In this document: positions 1-9,750 of the stretch, in pieces
How the letters are laid out: every line of letters starts with the position of its first letter
How positions within the stretch are numbered: the stretch's first letter is position 1
Assembly: GCF_004010195.1 (NCBI RefSeq)
Contig: NC_057719.1
Location: 43,772,759 to 43,792,758, forward strand
Length of the DNA: 20,000 nt
From: Chiloscyllium plagiosum
Taxonomy: Eukaryota
Direction of reading: 5' to 3'
Translations under genes and position numbers: made by a program
The notes under the pieces: generated by a model
The model's database searches: none
Seen by the model: only the letters and a program-made list of their open reading frames with translations
What the model was told of the DNA's origin: nothing

Positions 1-990
1 TTCGATGTCCACTTTCCTAATCTTTCCCAAGTCCTTCTGTAGCCTCTTTCTCAATATTAACTGTCTTCCCACCTATTCGTGTCATCTGCAAACTTAGCAA
101 CAGTGCCTTCAGTTCCTTCATTCAGATGGTTCAGGTATAACGTGAATTGTTGTAGTTCCAACACTGACTGTTGCAGAACTCCATTAGTCATGGCTAACAT
201 CCAGAAAAAGACTTCTCTGTCCCTATTCTCTGCCTTCTGCCAATCAGCCAATTTTCTAATCATGCCACTATCCTTCCAACTCCATGGTCTCTGATCTTGT
301 TTAGAATCCTCCTGTGCAGCGTCTGGTCAAAGATCTTCTGCAAATCCAAATAGATCACATCCACTGGCTCTCCTTTGTCTAACTTGCTCATTAGCTCCTC
401 AAAGACTTTTAACATATTTCATAAGCATGATCTCCCTCGACAATATGGTGTTGAATCAACCCTATTGTACAATGCACTTTCAAATATTCCGCAATCTCAT
501 CCTTAATGATGGACTCAGGCTAGCCGACCTATAGTTTCCTGTCTTTTGCCTCCTGGGTTCTTTATCAGGGTTGTTACATTTGCAATTTTTCAGTTGGCTG
601 TGACTCTCCCTAATTCTAGTGATTCCTGAAAAATCATCAATATTTCTACAATCTCTTCAGCTATATCCTTTAGAACTATAGGTTGTAGTGCATCTGGTCT
701 GGTGATCTATCCAGCTTAAGACCTTTCAGCTTTCTCAGTTCCTTCTCCTTACTGATGGTCACTACATTTACTCTCTTGAAGTTCTTGTGTACTTCTGGTG
801 CCTTCCACTATGAAAACTGATGCAAAATACCAATTCAATTCTTCTGCCATTTCTTTGTTCCTCATTACTAATCCTCCAGCCTCATTTTCCATTGGTCTGA
901 AGTTCTCTCTTCCATGCACCTTTTAAAAATTCTACCAATTGTCTTTCATAATACTAACTACCTTACCCTCATATTTCATCTTCTGCCCCC
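1..990 (-). mobile_element. CR1-clade LINE fragment (ORF2 reverse transcriptase region), decayed, runs off the window start
   Basis: Minus-strand translation gives CR1 ORF2 motifs in shifting frames: KMKYEGKV (~960-985), RQKTGNYRSASL (~515-555), SKLDKGEPVDVIYLDLQKIFD (~325-390) and EGTEGTVAKFADDT (ORF 57..263). Multiple frameshifts and stops. Confidence 0.9.
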
Positions 991-1323
991 TCATGCACAT
1001 ATACACCCAGGTCTCTCTGATTCAACAAACCAATTAGAGTAATATCCTTTATTTTCTATTGTCGCTCTGTTCTTTGTACCAAATGTGTTTAACCTCAATT
1101 CTCTGCATTGAGCTTCATCTGCCATTTATGCATCCACTTCACAAACTTATCAATGTCAATTTGAAATTCTATGCATCATACAATCGTTTCAAGCTTTACA
1201 ATCCTACAGAATGAAACTGCCCCTGCTCCAAGATCTTTATTTCCTAATTAGGAAAAGTAAGGTTCAGTACTGACCTTTGGGAAATCTATCACAGAACCTT
1301 CTCCCAGCCCAAGAAATAGATAC

Positions 1324-1428
1324 ATATTTCTATTCAGAGATATTGTGACACCTCTGGAGCAGGTGGAACTTTAACCCAGGCGTTTCTCGCTCAGAAGTAG
1401 GGACACTACGATTGTACCATAATAGCCC
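1324..1428 (-). mobile_element. Short tRNA-derived SINE with target-site duplication
   Basis: Minus strand reads GGGCTATTATGGTACAATCGTAGTGTCCCTACTTCTGAGCGAGAAACGCCTGGGTTAAAGTTCCACC, with degenerate Pol III A- and B-boxes. Flanked by the direct repeat AGCCCAAGAAATA at 1306-1318 and 1424-1436. Confidence 0.7.
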
Positions 1429-1961
1429 AAGAAATATCCACAAACAATTACTTTGTTTCTTATAACTCAGGATACCTTTATACCCACATTGCCACTGACC
1501 TTTGAAATTCACGAGACCTCATGAGTCTGTTGTGTAACATTGCGGACATCTTTTTGAAGTCATGAACACCACATCTCCACTTGCTATTACCTCTTCAAAA
1601 ATCTTCAGCTTGTTAAACATGACTATCCCTACAGAAATCTATGATATTGGATATTTTTTCACTAGTAAGGTTAAAGTGATTGATCTGTAACTGCTCAGCT
1701 TATCTTTACAAGTTTTCTTTTGAAGTCATTGATATTTTCCCTTATCAAGGTCTATGGCATCATCTCTCAAATTCTGACCAATGTTTCTTCAATTTTCACT
1801 TTCACTTCCTTCAGTATCTTAGATGCAACTCATTTGGTTCTGGTGCCTCGTCAACTTCAAATCTCAGCAATATATCCAATACCTTGTTAATTTTAAAGCC
1901 TTCCTTCTGTCACTGTGGCCTGGGTAGCATCTGTATCCATCTTCACCATGGAAGCAAAGTA

Positions 1962-2659
1962 CTGAAGAACCTTGATTATCTGAACGAGATGGGCGAGCAC
2001 TAATTCATTTGGAAAATTGATTATTTGGTTAACTGATTTCCTCTGGGGCTCGGAGTTTTCTGTGAAGTCTGCGCCCCGTTCAGGAGACTAGGTAGAAGNN
2101 NNNNNNNCACCCCCAACCCTCTGTGCTCCCATTCCAGCGCCCAACCCCATCCACTCCTACCCCACCCCCAACCCTGCTCCCCTGTCCACCATCACCCATT
2201 GTCCAAAACCTCCCCTCCCACTGCCAGGGGCAGCTGGTCCGGACACCAACAGTAAGACGGCTGCTGCTTTCGTGGGGTAAGTCTCCAAATTGCGCACGCA
2301 CAGAACTTTTTAAACAGGTTCCACTTCTGCCTTGTACAAGACAATGTTGGAGAGATTATCTGGGAAGGGAATTTTAGGGTTCACCCCTGTGTATAATTCC
2401 AGGGAAATTCCAGAAGTTCTCCCAAACTTTGAATTCCAGGGAAAATTGGGGGACAGGAAGTCAGTCATTTAGAGACAGTGCCTGGACTGTCCAGGACTGT
2501 TCTCAGCAGCATTTCAGTGAGCCAAGTTTGTTTTTAATCATTGTACCTGTAAACAAAAGACGCAATCAGAGTTGAGACAGCTCTTTGACATAATGTTTCT
2601 ACCGGGACCTTGAGATCCCCTTCGGATAATCCGATATTCAGATAATTGAGGCTCCTCTG
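1962..2659. mobile_element. Non-autonomous Tc1/mariner-superfamily (Tigger/pogo-like) DNA transposon, ~700 bp
   Basis: Imperfect TIRs: CTGAAGAACCTTGATTATCTGAA (left) versus CAGAGGAGCCTCAATTATCTGAA (right, reverse complement). TA at 1960-1961 and 2660-2661. Removing the element and one TA restores the CR1 codons VLNEYFA. Confidence 0.8.
2099..2107. other. Assembly gap / undetermined bases (9 N)
   Basis: Run of n directly before a C-rich tract. Confidence 0.99.
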
Positions 2660-3136
2660 TATTCATTTAATACTTTACATAGACATTGTATTTCCATGTG
2701 TAAATTCCATTTTTAGTCTCCACTTATCCCTATTATCCTTTAGTCAGACTTTTACTATTTACATACCTCCAGAAGACTTTTATGTTTGGTGCTGGTCTCT
2801 TTTTAGAGATTTTTGTCTGCTTTACTTGTTTTTCTTTTGAAACTTGCCTCAGATCCTTCTATATTCAGTGTGGTTCTCAATTGTATTTTCTACCTAACAC
2901 ATCATAAGTGCATGGTTTTTATTCTACTTTAATTTCCACCTTCTTGCTCATCTAGGGAGTTCTGCATTTGTTTGCTTTATCTTTCCCCAGAGAGGAAATA
3001 TAACTTGACAATGCCCAAACCATTTTTTCTTTGCAGGGAGCCCATTGTTCAACTGCAAAATCTCTTGCCAACCAGTGATTTCAATCTACCTGATCTAGCT
3101 CGGCCCTTGCCCCATTGAAATTGATTCCCCTTAGTT

Positions 3137-3747
3137 ATCAGTTTGGGTGACTATTTTGCAAAATACCACCAATCTATCTGTAGGAATGACCCCACCTTCC
3201 AAATGCTTGCCTTATCAATTAACCACCTTACTCTCATGCAATCACTTTCTTCATGGCCTCCTACAGCGTTCCAACAAAACTTAACACAAAAGAGGAACAG
3301 CATACCATTTTCTGCTTAGACACTTTACAGCCACTCAGACTCAATATTGAGCTCCACAACCTCAGGATATGACCTCGATACTTCATTACTCATATCTGCT
3401 GTGCTCCCCTCGCCAGCCCCCCTCCAGTGTCTGGTTTGTGCCATGTTGGCTTCACTTTCAGCAGAACTGATCACTTTCATAGCTAATTCACCCATTTCAT
3501 GTGTCTATTACTCCATCACCACCATTATTACTGCTTTTGTCTTTTGCTCTGGGAAAGTTCATCACTCGCTCCTCCTCCCTCTGTCACTAGCATAAGAATC
3601 AAATTTTACAACTCCCTTCAGTTATGAGGAGTCATCATACTGGACTCAAAACATTAACTCCACTTCTATTTCCTCAGATGTTGACAAATTTCTCCAGCAC
3701 TGTCTTTATTTCAGATTTCCAGCATCCAGAGTATTTTTCTTTTATTT
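3137..3747 (+). mobile_element. Penelope-like retroelement 3' remnant (GIY-YIG endonuclease C-terminus plus 3' UTR)
   Basis: Plus strand: SLGDYFAKYHQSICRNDP (~3140-3193) and EEQHTIFCLDTLQPLRLNIE (3292-3351), matching the recalled PLE motif EEQHLIFRLGTLQPxGLNIE. Followed by a decayed hammerhead-like motif (3620-3659) and a CAGATTTCCAGCATCC-type tail. Confidence 0.75.
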
Positions 3748-4173
3748 AAACTTTTGACCTGTACTGATTAATCACTGTTCAGTATATCATTCATTTATCT
3801 TACAGGTCTACAATGAAGGATAGAATACAAATCACAAGTGGTGCATCCCAAGTCAGTAGCAGATGAACCAACTTCCCAATGACAGCAAATATTTTTCTAG
3901 CTTGAAATTTTATTATGTTTTCAAGTGGATAGAATGCAAGATGATTATAAATGGCCAATGGTAAAATGAAGCCTAATTAAATGATGAAGAAATTTGTACT
4001 GCAACTTGTGGCACTTAGAAACATGAAATAGCACAACACCTCTGGAAAGCTTCTGGGACCCATGAGAAAAGGAAAAACGCACTACCCCTCAGTCACACTT
4101 ATGAAACTGAACTGAGACTTGCAAAGCCTGAAACAGGAAATGTAAGACTGCACATTCAATAAAATGCAAAATG

Positions 4174-4218
4174 GAGTGAGTGAGTGAGTGAGTGAAAGAA
4201 AGAAAAGAAAAAAAAAAG
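4174..4218 (+). repeat. (GAGT)5 microsatellite followed by an A-rich tract
   Basis: gagtgagtgagtgagtgagtga followed by aagaaagaaaagaaaaaaaaaaag. Confidence 0.9.
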
Positions 4219-4481
4219 ATGCAATTGAGTGATATGACACAAAAAAGCACTCATTTTTAATAAATCTTCAAATTAAATTGTTAAAAAATCTATAATTTTT
4301 CAAGACAGCTTTTCAGTGCAATTAGGGGTTAGCTGGTATTAAGACATATCCATTATCCATTTATAAATTCTTGAATGGTCAAGCCCAGATCCTTCTCACA
4401 TGGTTAGTGAGAAGGTAACTCAATAGTACATAAATTAGTACTTCAAAGCTATACTCCTCTGCATAATAGTGACACTCATCT

Positions 4482-5097
4482 GGGTTTAGGGTGAGGGGGG
4501 AAAAATTTAAAAGAGACCCTAGGGCAAATCTTTCATGGAGAGGGTGGTGTGTGTATGGAATGAGCTGCCAGAGGAAGTGGTGGACACCGGTATAATTACA
4601 GAATTTAAAAGGCATCTGGATGGGAAGTACAGTAGCGCCTCGACTTAGGAACTTAATCCGTTCCGGGACCCGGTTCGCAAACTGAAAAGTTCGCGAACTG
4701 AATCAATTTTTCCTATTGTTCGGATAGCATAAGAATGCTTGGATGGCTGTTCACAGAGCACGTGCCAAAGACGAACTGAATGAGATCACACGGGGCCAGA
4801 GAGCTTTTGCATTCAACAAGCGCGTAGCAAAGCAGAACAATGAAACCACGTGGTCGCACACAGGCTTTTTGCGTTCTTACCTTGAATTTCGTACGTACGT
4901 TGAAGCAAAATTTTACGTATAATCCTGTTCGTAAACTGATTTGTACGTGAACAGGGTCGTTCGTATGTCGAGGCGCTACTGTATAGGTATATGAATAGGA
5001 AGGGTTTGGAGGGATCAAAGCCAAGTGCTGGCAAATGGGACTAATCTAGTCAGCATGGACGAGTTGGACCGTGCTGTAAATCTCTATGACTCTATGA
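4482..5097 (+). mobile_element. CR1/HER1-type LINE 3' end (5'-truncated), split by a MITE at 4630-4981
   Basis: GTATGGAATGAGCTGCCAGAGGAAGTGG (VWNELPEEV) and ATTTAAAAGGCATCTGGATGGG, then GTATATGAATAGGAAGGGTTTG after the MITE. Closely similar to the copy at 7565-7830. Ends in the CTATGACT tandem tail. Confidence 0.9.
4630..4981. mobile_element. Tigger/pogo-like MITE, 352 bp
   Basis: TIRs CAGTAGCGCCTCGACTTAGGAAC and CAGTAGCGCCTCGACATACGAAC (21/23 identical). TA at 4628-4629 and 4982-4983. No transposase ORF. Confidence 0.9.
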
Positions 5098-5679
5098 CCC
5101 AATTTCCACAGTCATTTGCGGTCAGAGGGTTTTTTTTTTGTCCAATTAACTCTAATAATGTTTGGTGCACAAATAATTTCACCTTTAATTTTAGCCACTC
5201 AATCAAATCACTATGGTGTCTAGCAGATCTGCAAAAAACAAAATAAATAATGTTTGGGCTAAGCATCTGTGATTGAGAAATTTGCACAAGAATGGATGTT
5301 TAATGCAACAAATGAATTAGGATTAATAGGGACTACTAGCCAAAAACTACATTTTTTTTCTGAGAATCAAAAATTAAATCAAGTTTTCAATAGCAGATAA
5401 TCAAAAAAAAAGTCTATAGCCAGATCCCTGACAAGCAACCTACAACCTCTCCGGACTCAGCCAAGCTAAGAACGTTTTACCAATAAAACCTCCATAAAAT
5501 ACAATTACAATGGTTAGGAGTAAAATCTTTAGTTGATGACAGTAGTTCTTAATTGTTTATATTATCTAAACTTCTCACTTAGTTGCATAGGTCTGGTAAT
5601 CAAGTGTAATGTGTGCAGAATGGAGATGTATAATTGGTACTTCCAGCAGAGACTCAATTATACCAGATATTACACCATC

Positions 5680-5735
5680 TGACTATCCTCAACTCCACTT
5701 TCCTGCCTTTTCCCCCATAACCCTCAACTTCTTTA
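5680..5735 (-). mobile_element. Small decayed CR1 3'-end fragment
   Basis: CCTCAACTCCACTTTCCTGCCTTTTCCCCCATAACCCT resembles the reverse complement of the CR1 ORF2 end (compare 8626-8665). Confidence 0.45.
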
Positions 5736-6268
5736 TTATATTAAAAAAACTCAGAGGAAAACAACCTCTTTCTATCCTGTCAAGCAGCAGATTCACAACA
5801 CTCAAGAACCATTAAAAATAACTTTAAATAAATCAACCCAAAATCTGAAAAAAAAACTCAATTCATCCCAACTCTCAATGTTAGCAAGACTGTTCACAAA
5901 GCAAACTGCAGAAAACATGGCAGAAGTAATGAAGTAAAAACAAATTGAACAAAATCTTCAGCATTTAGGATGAATAGGGGCATTCATCAGCTGTCCTAAC
6001 TTGCCATGAAACTATTCCAAAAACTTTTAAGCATTAACTGGAGATAACTGCATCTCAAACTTTAGCAAAACAAAACTACATCTTCCCATATAAACTTCCT
6101 TAAGTTAATAAACTTGATACGTGAATATCTCTGAAGCAGCTTTGATAAACAAATGGTGAGAAAGGATAGTTCCTATGTAAATGTAGAAGTTTGCCTATAA
6201 AAGGATAAAGCATTTTATTTGATACCTGCTTCAGATTAAAGTCATGTTTTGCTAAATTTAAAACTTAC

Positions 6269-6326
6269 CTGGTTCCAATTTGATAATTTTAACTGCAGCC
6301 AATTCTCCAGTCTGCAGATTTCTTGC
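6269..6326 (-). CDS. MAP4K5: Internal 58-bp coding exon of a GCK-I/Ste20 kinase (kinase subdomain II), best matching mitogen-activated protein kinase kinase kinase kinase 5
   Basis: Minus strand: tgttttcattacag|GCA AGA AAT CTG CAG ACT GGA GAA TTG GCT GCA GTT AAA ATT ATC AAA TTG GAA CCA G|gtaagt, giving ARNLQTGELAAVKIIKLEP(G). Canonical acceptor and donor, phase 0/1. Recalled human MAP4K5 is ARNVHTGELAAVKIIKLEPG, whereas MAP4K3 has AAIKVIK and MAP4K2 has AAVKIVKLDP. The paralogue call rests on only 19 residues. Confidence 0.88.
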
Positions 6327-6849
6327 CTGTAATGAAAACAAGAGAATACTTTCAAGTAAAACAGAGCCAAATAGTATTACTCATGAGTTTAAGAAAGGAA
6401 TATTCCATATAATGCTCTAAAAACATTCTACATTCCAAACTGTTTTACTTTTAGATGGCCAACCTCGAAGCTAAATGCATAGACACACAATTACAATAAT
6501 GCGCAGAAACCTTTTGGCTCTACATTAATACCAAACGAAGGTTCCAGTGAGAGATGCCAACATTCCACACAGAAAAAGAAAATTAACAATTGCCATCTGG
6601 TTGCTCAAGCAGAAGCAAAAGATTGTATATTGCTATTTGAAGGACAGCAAGGAAAAGGTGTGTGGTTGGTTAGACCAGCATTTGACATTCAACATTATAT
6701 TTAGCACAGATCCTCAAAAAGCAAAATTGCATTGAATTGGAGTGACCTTGTGACATGAGCTTTTAATTGGTTGGAAAGTAGAAGTCAAAGTAAACATAAG
6801 ACAGACATGCAGTTCTACTTCATCTTTCATCAGGCATCTTCAATTTGTG

Positions 6850-7831
6850 CTCCAGCCAAAGATTGATGCTGGGTCCACTACTTTTCATTATTTATTTAAA
6901 TGACTTGGATGTAAGCATAAGTAGTACAGTTAGTAAGTTTGCAGATTACACCAAAATTGGAGGTGTAGTGTACAGTGAAGAAGGTTATCTCAGATTACAA
7001 CAGGATCTTGACCAGATGGGCCAATGGGCTGAGAAGTGGCAGATGGAGTTTAATTCAGATAAATGTGAGGTGCTGCATTTTGGGAAAACAAATCTTAGCA
7101 GGACTAATACACTTAATGATAAGATCCTAGGGAGTGTTGCTGAACAAAGAGACCTTGGAGTGCAGATTCATAGCTCCTTGAAAGTGGAGTTGCTGGTAGA
7201 TAGTGAAGAAGGCGTTTGGTATGCTTTCCTTTATTGGTCAGAGTATTGAGTACAGAAGTTGGGAGATCATGTTGCGGGTGTACAGGACGTTGGTTAGGCC
7301 ACTGTTGGAATATTGCATGCAATTCTGGTCTCGTTCCTATCAGAAAGATGTTGTGAAACTTGAAAGGGTTCAGAAAAGATTTACAAGGATGCTGCCAGGG
7401 TTGGAGGATTTGAGCTATAGGGAAAGGATGAATAGGCTGGGGCTGTTTTCTGAGGAGTGTCGGAGGTTGAAGGATGACCTTATCAAGGTTTATAACATCA
7501 TGAGGAGCATGGATAGGATAAATAGACAGTCTTTTCCCTGGGGGAGTCCAGACCAGAGGGTATAGGTTTAGAGTGAGAGGGGAAAGATATAAAAAAGACC
7601 TCACGGCACGTTTTCACACAGAGGGTGGCACGTGTATGGAATGAGCTGCCAGAGGAAGTGCTGGAGGCTAGTACAATTGCAACATTTAAAAGGCATCTGG
7701 ATGGGTATATGAATAGGAAGGGTTTGAAGGGATATGGGCCAGGTGGGACTAGGTTGGGTTGGGATATCTGGTTGGCATGGACAAGTTGGACCGAAGAGTC
7801 TGTTTCGCGCTGTACATCTCTATGACTCTAT
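6850..7831 (+). mobile_element. CR1/HER1-type LINE, 5'-truncated, with RT C-terminal half and 3' tail
   Basis: ORFs 6845..7249 (LGPLLFIIYLNDLD, KFADYTKIGG, WAEKWQMEFN), 7203..7565 (YRTLVRPLLEYCMQFWS) and 7625..7825 (VWNELPEEV). Frameshifted, with catalytic FADD changed to FADY. Tail CTCTATGACTCTAT. Confidence 0.95.
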
Positions 7832-7863
7832 AAATACTTTAAGGGAACACCAAATCCTTTTTC

Positions 7864-8033
7864 TTTCCTCCGACAGTCCAAAGATGTGCAGGTCAGGTGA
7901 ATTGGCCATGCTAAATTGCCCGTAGTGTTAGGTAAGGGGTAAATGTAGGGGTATGGGTGGGTTGCGCCTCGGTGGGTCGGTGTGGACTTGTTGGGCCGAA
8001 GGGCCTGTTTCCACACTAATGTAATCTAATCTA
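7864..8033 (+). mobile_element. HE1-type SINE (V-SINE), 5'-truncated
   Basis: CCAAAGATGTGCAGGTCAGGTGAATTGGCCATGCTAAATTGCCC ... TTGTTGGGCCGAAGGGCCTGTTTCCACACT plus an AATCT-repeat tail. Matches the copies at 9426-9750 and 18348-18640. Confidence 0.9.
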
Positions 8034-8067
8034 TATCACAAGCTCAAAAACAGAATCAGATTTTGGT

Positions 8068-8145
8068 ATTGATTGAGGGATAAATATTAGCCAGAACACT
8101 GGAGATAACTCCCTACACTTGGCTAACAAAGTGTCATGGAACCTT
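8068..8145 (-). mobile_element. DeuSINE-like (SacSINE1/AmnSINE1-type) fragment
   Basis: TTGAGGGATAAATATTAGCCAGAACACTGGAGATAACTCCCT...AGTGTCATGGAACC resembles the reverse complement of the recalled Deu-domain segment CCCATGGCACTAT...GGAGTTCTCCCCGGTGTCCTGGCCAATATTTATCCCTCAA. Confidence 0.6.
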
Positions 8146-8571
8146 AAACTTCCTTTTCCAAAATCATTAACAAATTTTATCAAGTACATGGTGCAATTTT
8201 CAACTTAAGTGCTTGAAAAAGTGTGACAGAATTTAAACTTTTCTCAGTGTTCCACTCTGATCAATCTCAATAGACTTGATATTCACCATTTACATTGTCA
8301 GGCAAAGAGCTGAAGGAATCCTTCACAGAGTTTTCATCCCCTCTGTACTTGTGCCTAAATGGTTTTAGTCAGAGCCTTTTCCCCATTGTGACTCTGCGAC
8401 AGCTACCCCAAGGTTTCTCACATACTTTAGTATCATGAATATGCCTGCCTGCAATGCCTAGTTACAGACAACTCTTTGAACTAAAAGGAAGATCAGCTGG
8501 TTTCAGGGAGACCAAAGAGCAGCTTTCACAGAGTGCTGGCTTCTCTGGAGCTTCCCTGGTGAGATTGCGAG

Positions 8572-8677
8572 ACCATAAGATACAGGAGCAGAGTCATTCC
8601 ATCATTTAATTATAGCTAATAGGTTTCTCAACCCCCGTTCTCTTTACTTCCCCCCGTAACCCTTGATCCCCTTATTA
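8572..8677 (-). mobile_element. CR1-type LINE 3'-terminal fragment
   Basis: CCATAAGATACAGGAGCAGA...TCTCAACCCC...CCCCCGTAACCCTTGATCCCCTTA, the reverse complement of a CR1 ORF2 end (KGIKGYG) and 3' UTR. Confidence 0.65.
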
Positions 8678-9425
8678 AGGACATGTGTAACAGTGGGTTG
8701 CTTCAACCACTGAACTTCAACCACTGATTCATTCACCAGATCTTCTCTGCAAATCACATTCCCCAAGATGATAAACAAATAACCCACAATCTATTGTAAA
8801 TTATTTCAGGTACTCTGAAGTAAGATTGTCTCTCAGCACCTCTTGCATCAGATTTCAGGATAATGCCTTCGAGAGAATCAAATAAGGAATACTTGCCAAT
8901 AATTCAGATGCTTCTGAAGATTTCTGAAAGTGGACATACAATGACTTTTCAAATATTCACTTCCCATTTCAAACCAGATTAGAACGTAAGCAAGTGGCTG
9001 TTTCAGTGCAGTGATAGTATACCAACCAGGAGTAAGAAGAAGTGCAACCCTGGTACAATATGGAGAATTTTGACTGTTGTTTAAAAAAAAACTTAATTCA
9101 TCATGCTTCTACTCGTTATATTCAAACATTCCTTTGATAAACAATACACTCATGAACACACTTAACTCCCCAAAGCTTCATCTATCAAAGAACTACGAGT
9201 ACAACCTCTCTTCTTTGCACGACTACTTTCAATAGTTTGACACAGAACAACCAAAAGTAAAAGCACAGAAACCCTAATTAATTCCTCACATAGCAAGGCA
9301 TCCAAATTGAATTGGGTCTCAAATATTACTTTTATAGATTTCTGATGCTTCAATTCAGCCAAAAGTGCGTGCATACAGTATTTATTACCACAAAAGACTT
9401 CTAAATGATATGGAAGTAATATTTG

Positions 9426-9750
9426 AGATTAGATTCCCTACAGAGTGGAAACAGGCCCTTCGGCCCAAAAAGTCCACACCGACCCTCCGAAGAGCAACCC
9501 ACCCAGACCCATTCCCTGACATTTACCCCTGACTAATGCACCTAACACTACGGGCAATTTACCACGGCCAATTCACCTAACATGCACATCCTTTGGATTG
9601 TGGCAGGAAACCGGAGCACCCGGAGAAAACCCACACAGACACGGGGAGGATGTGCAAACTCCACACAGGCAGTCACCCGAGGCTGGAATCTAACCTGGGA
9701 CCTTGGTGCTGTGAGGCAGCAGTGCTAACCACTGAGCCACCATGCCGCCC
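9426..9750 (-). mobile_element. Full-length HE1-type SINE (tRNA-derived V-SINE)
   Basis: Minus strand starts GGGCGGCATGGTGGCTCAGTGGTTAGCACTGCTGCCTCACAG (A-box TGGCTCAGTGG, B-box-like GGTTAGATTCC). Central GTGGGTTTTCTCCGGGTGCTCCGGTTTCC, LINE-like tail GGGCCGAAGGGCCTGTTTCCAC and AATCT repeats. Confidence 0.95.

Larger units (their letters stand above)
991..3136 (-). mobile_element. Older CR1-clade LINE ORF2 fragment, interrupted by a SINE (1324-1428) and a MITE (1962-2659)
   Basis: Minus strand: QRDLGVYVH (~993-1020), DIDKFVKWMHKWQMKLNAE (~1100-1157), VIVCGYFLGWEKV restored across the SINE, VLNEYFA restored across the MITE, and KVFWRYVNSK (~2750-2780). Confidence 0.8.

Noticed and set aside
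2080..2377. Pro-rich and Gly-rich ORFs
   Set aside because: By-products of the C-rich tract inside the MITE. One of them spans the N gap.
3790..3870. Plus-strand acceptor (ttatcttacag|) and short frame STMKDRIQITSGASQVSSR*
   Set aside because: No recognisable product and no supporting plus-strand gene.
4713..5034. ORFs over the MITE as a transposase
   Set aside because: No HTH or DDE/D motifs, and the element is only 352 bp.
8701..8727. Short tandem duplication CTTCAACCACTGA x2 (and CATTTATTGTC x2 near 18858-18882)
   Set aside because: Only two units with no spacers. This is ordinary slippage duplication, not an array or CRISPR.
9670..9750. tRNA gene
   Set aside because: This is the tRNA-derived head of a SINE, continuing directly into SINE body. 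It has a mutated B-box and no convincing cloverleaf or T-run terminator.
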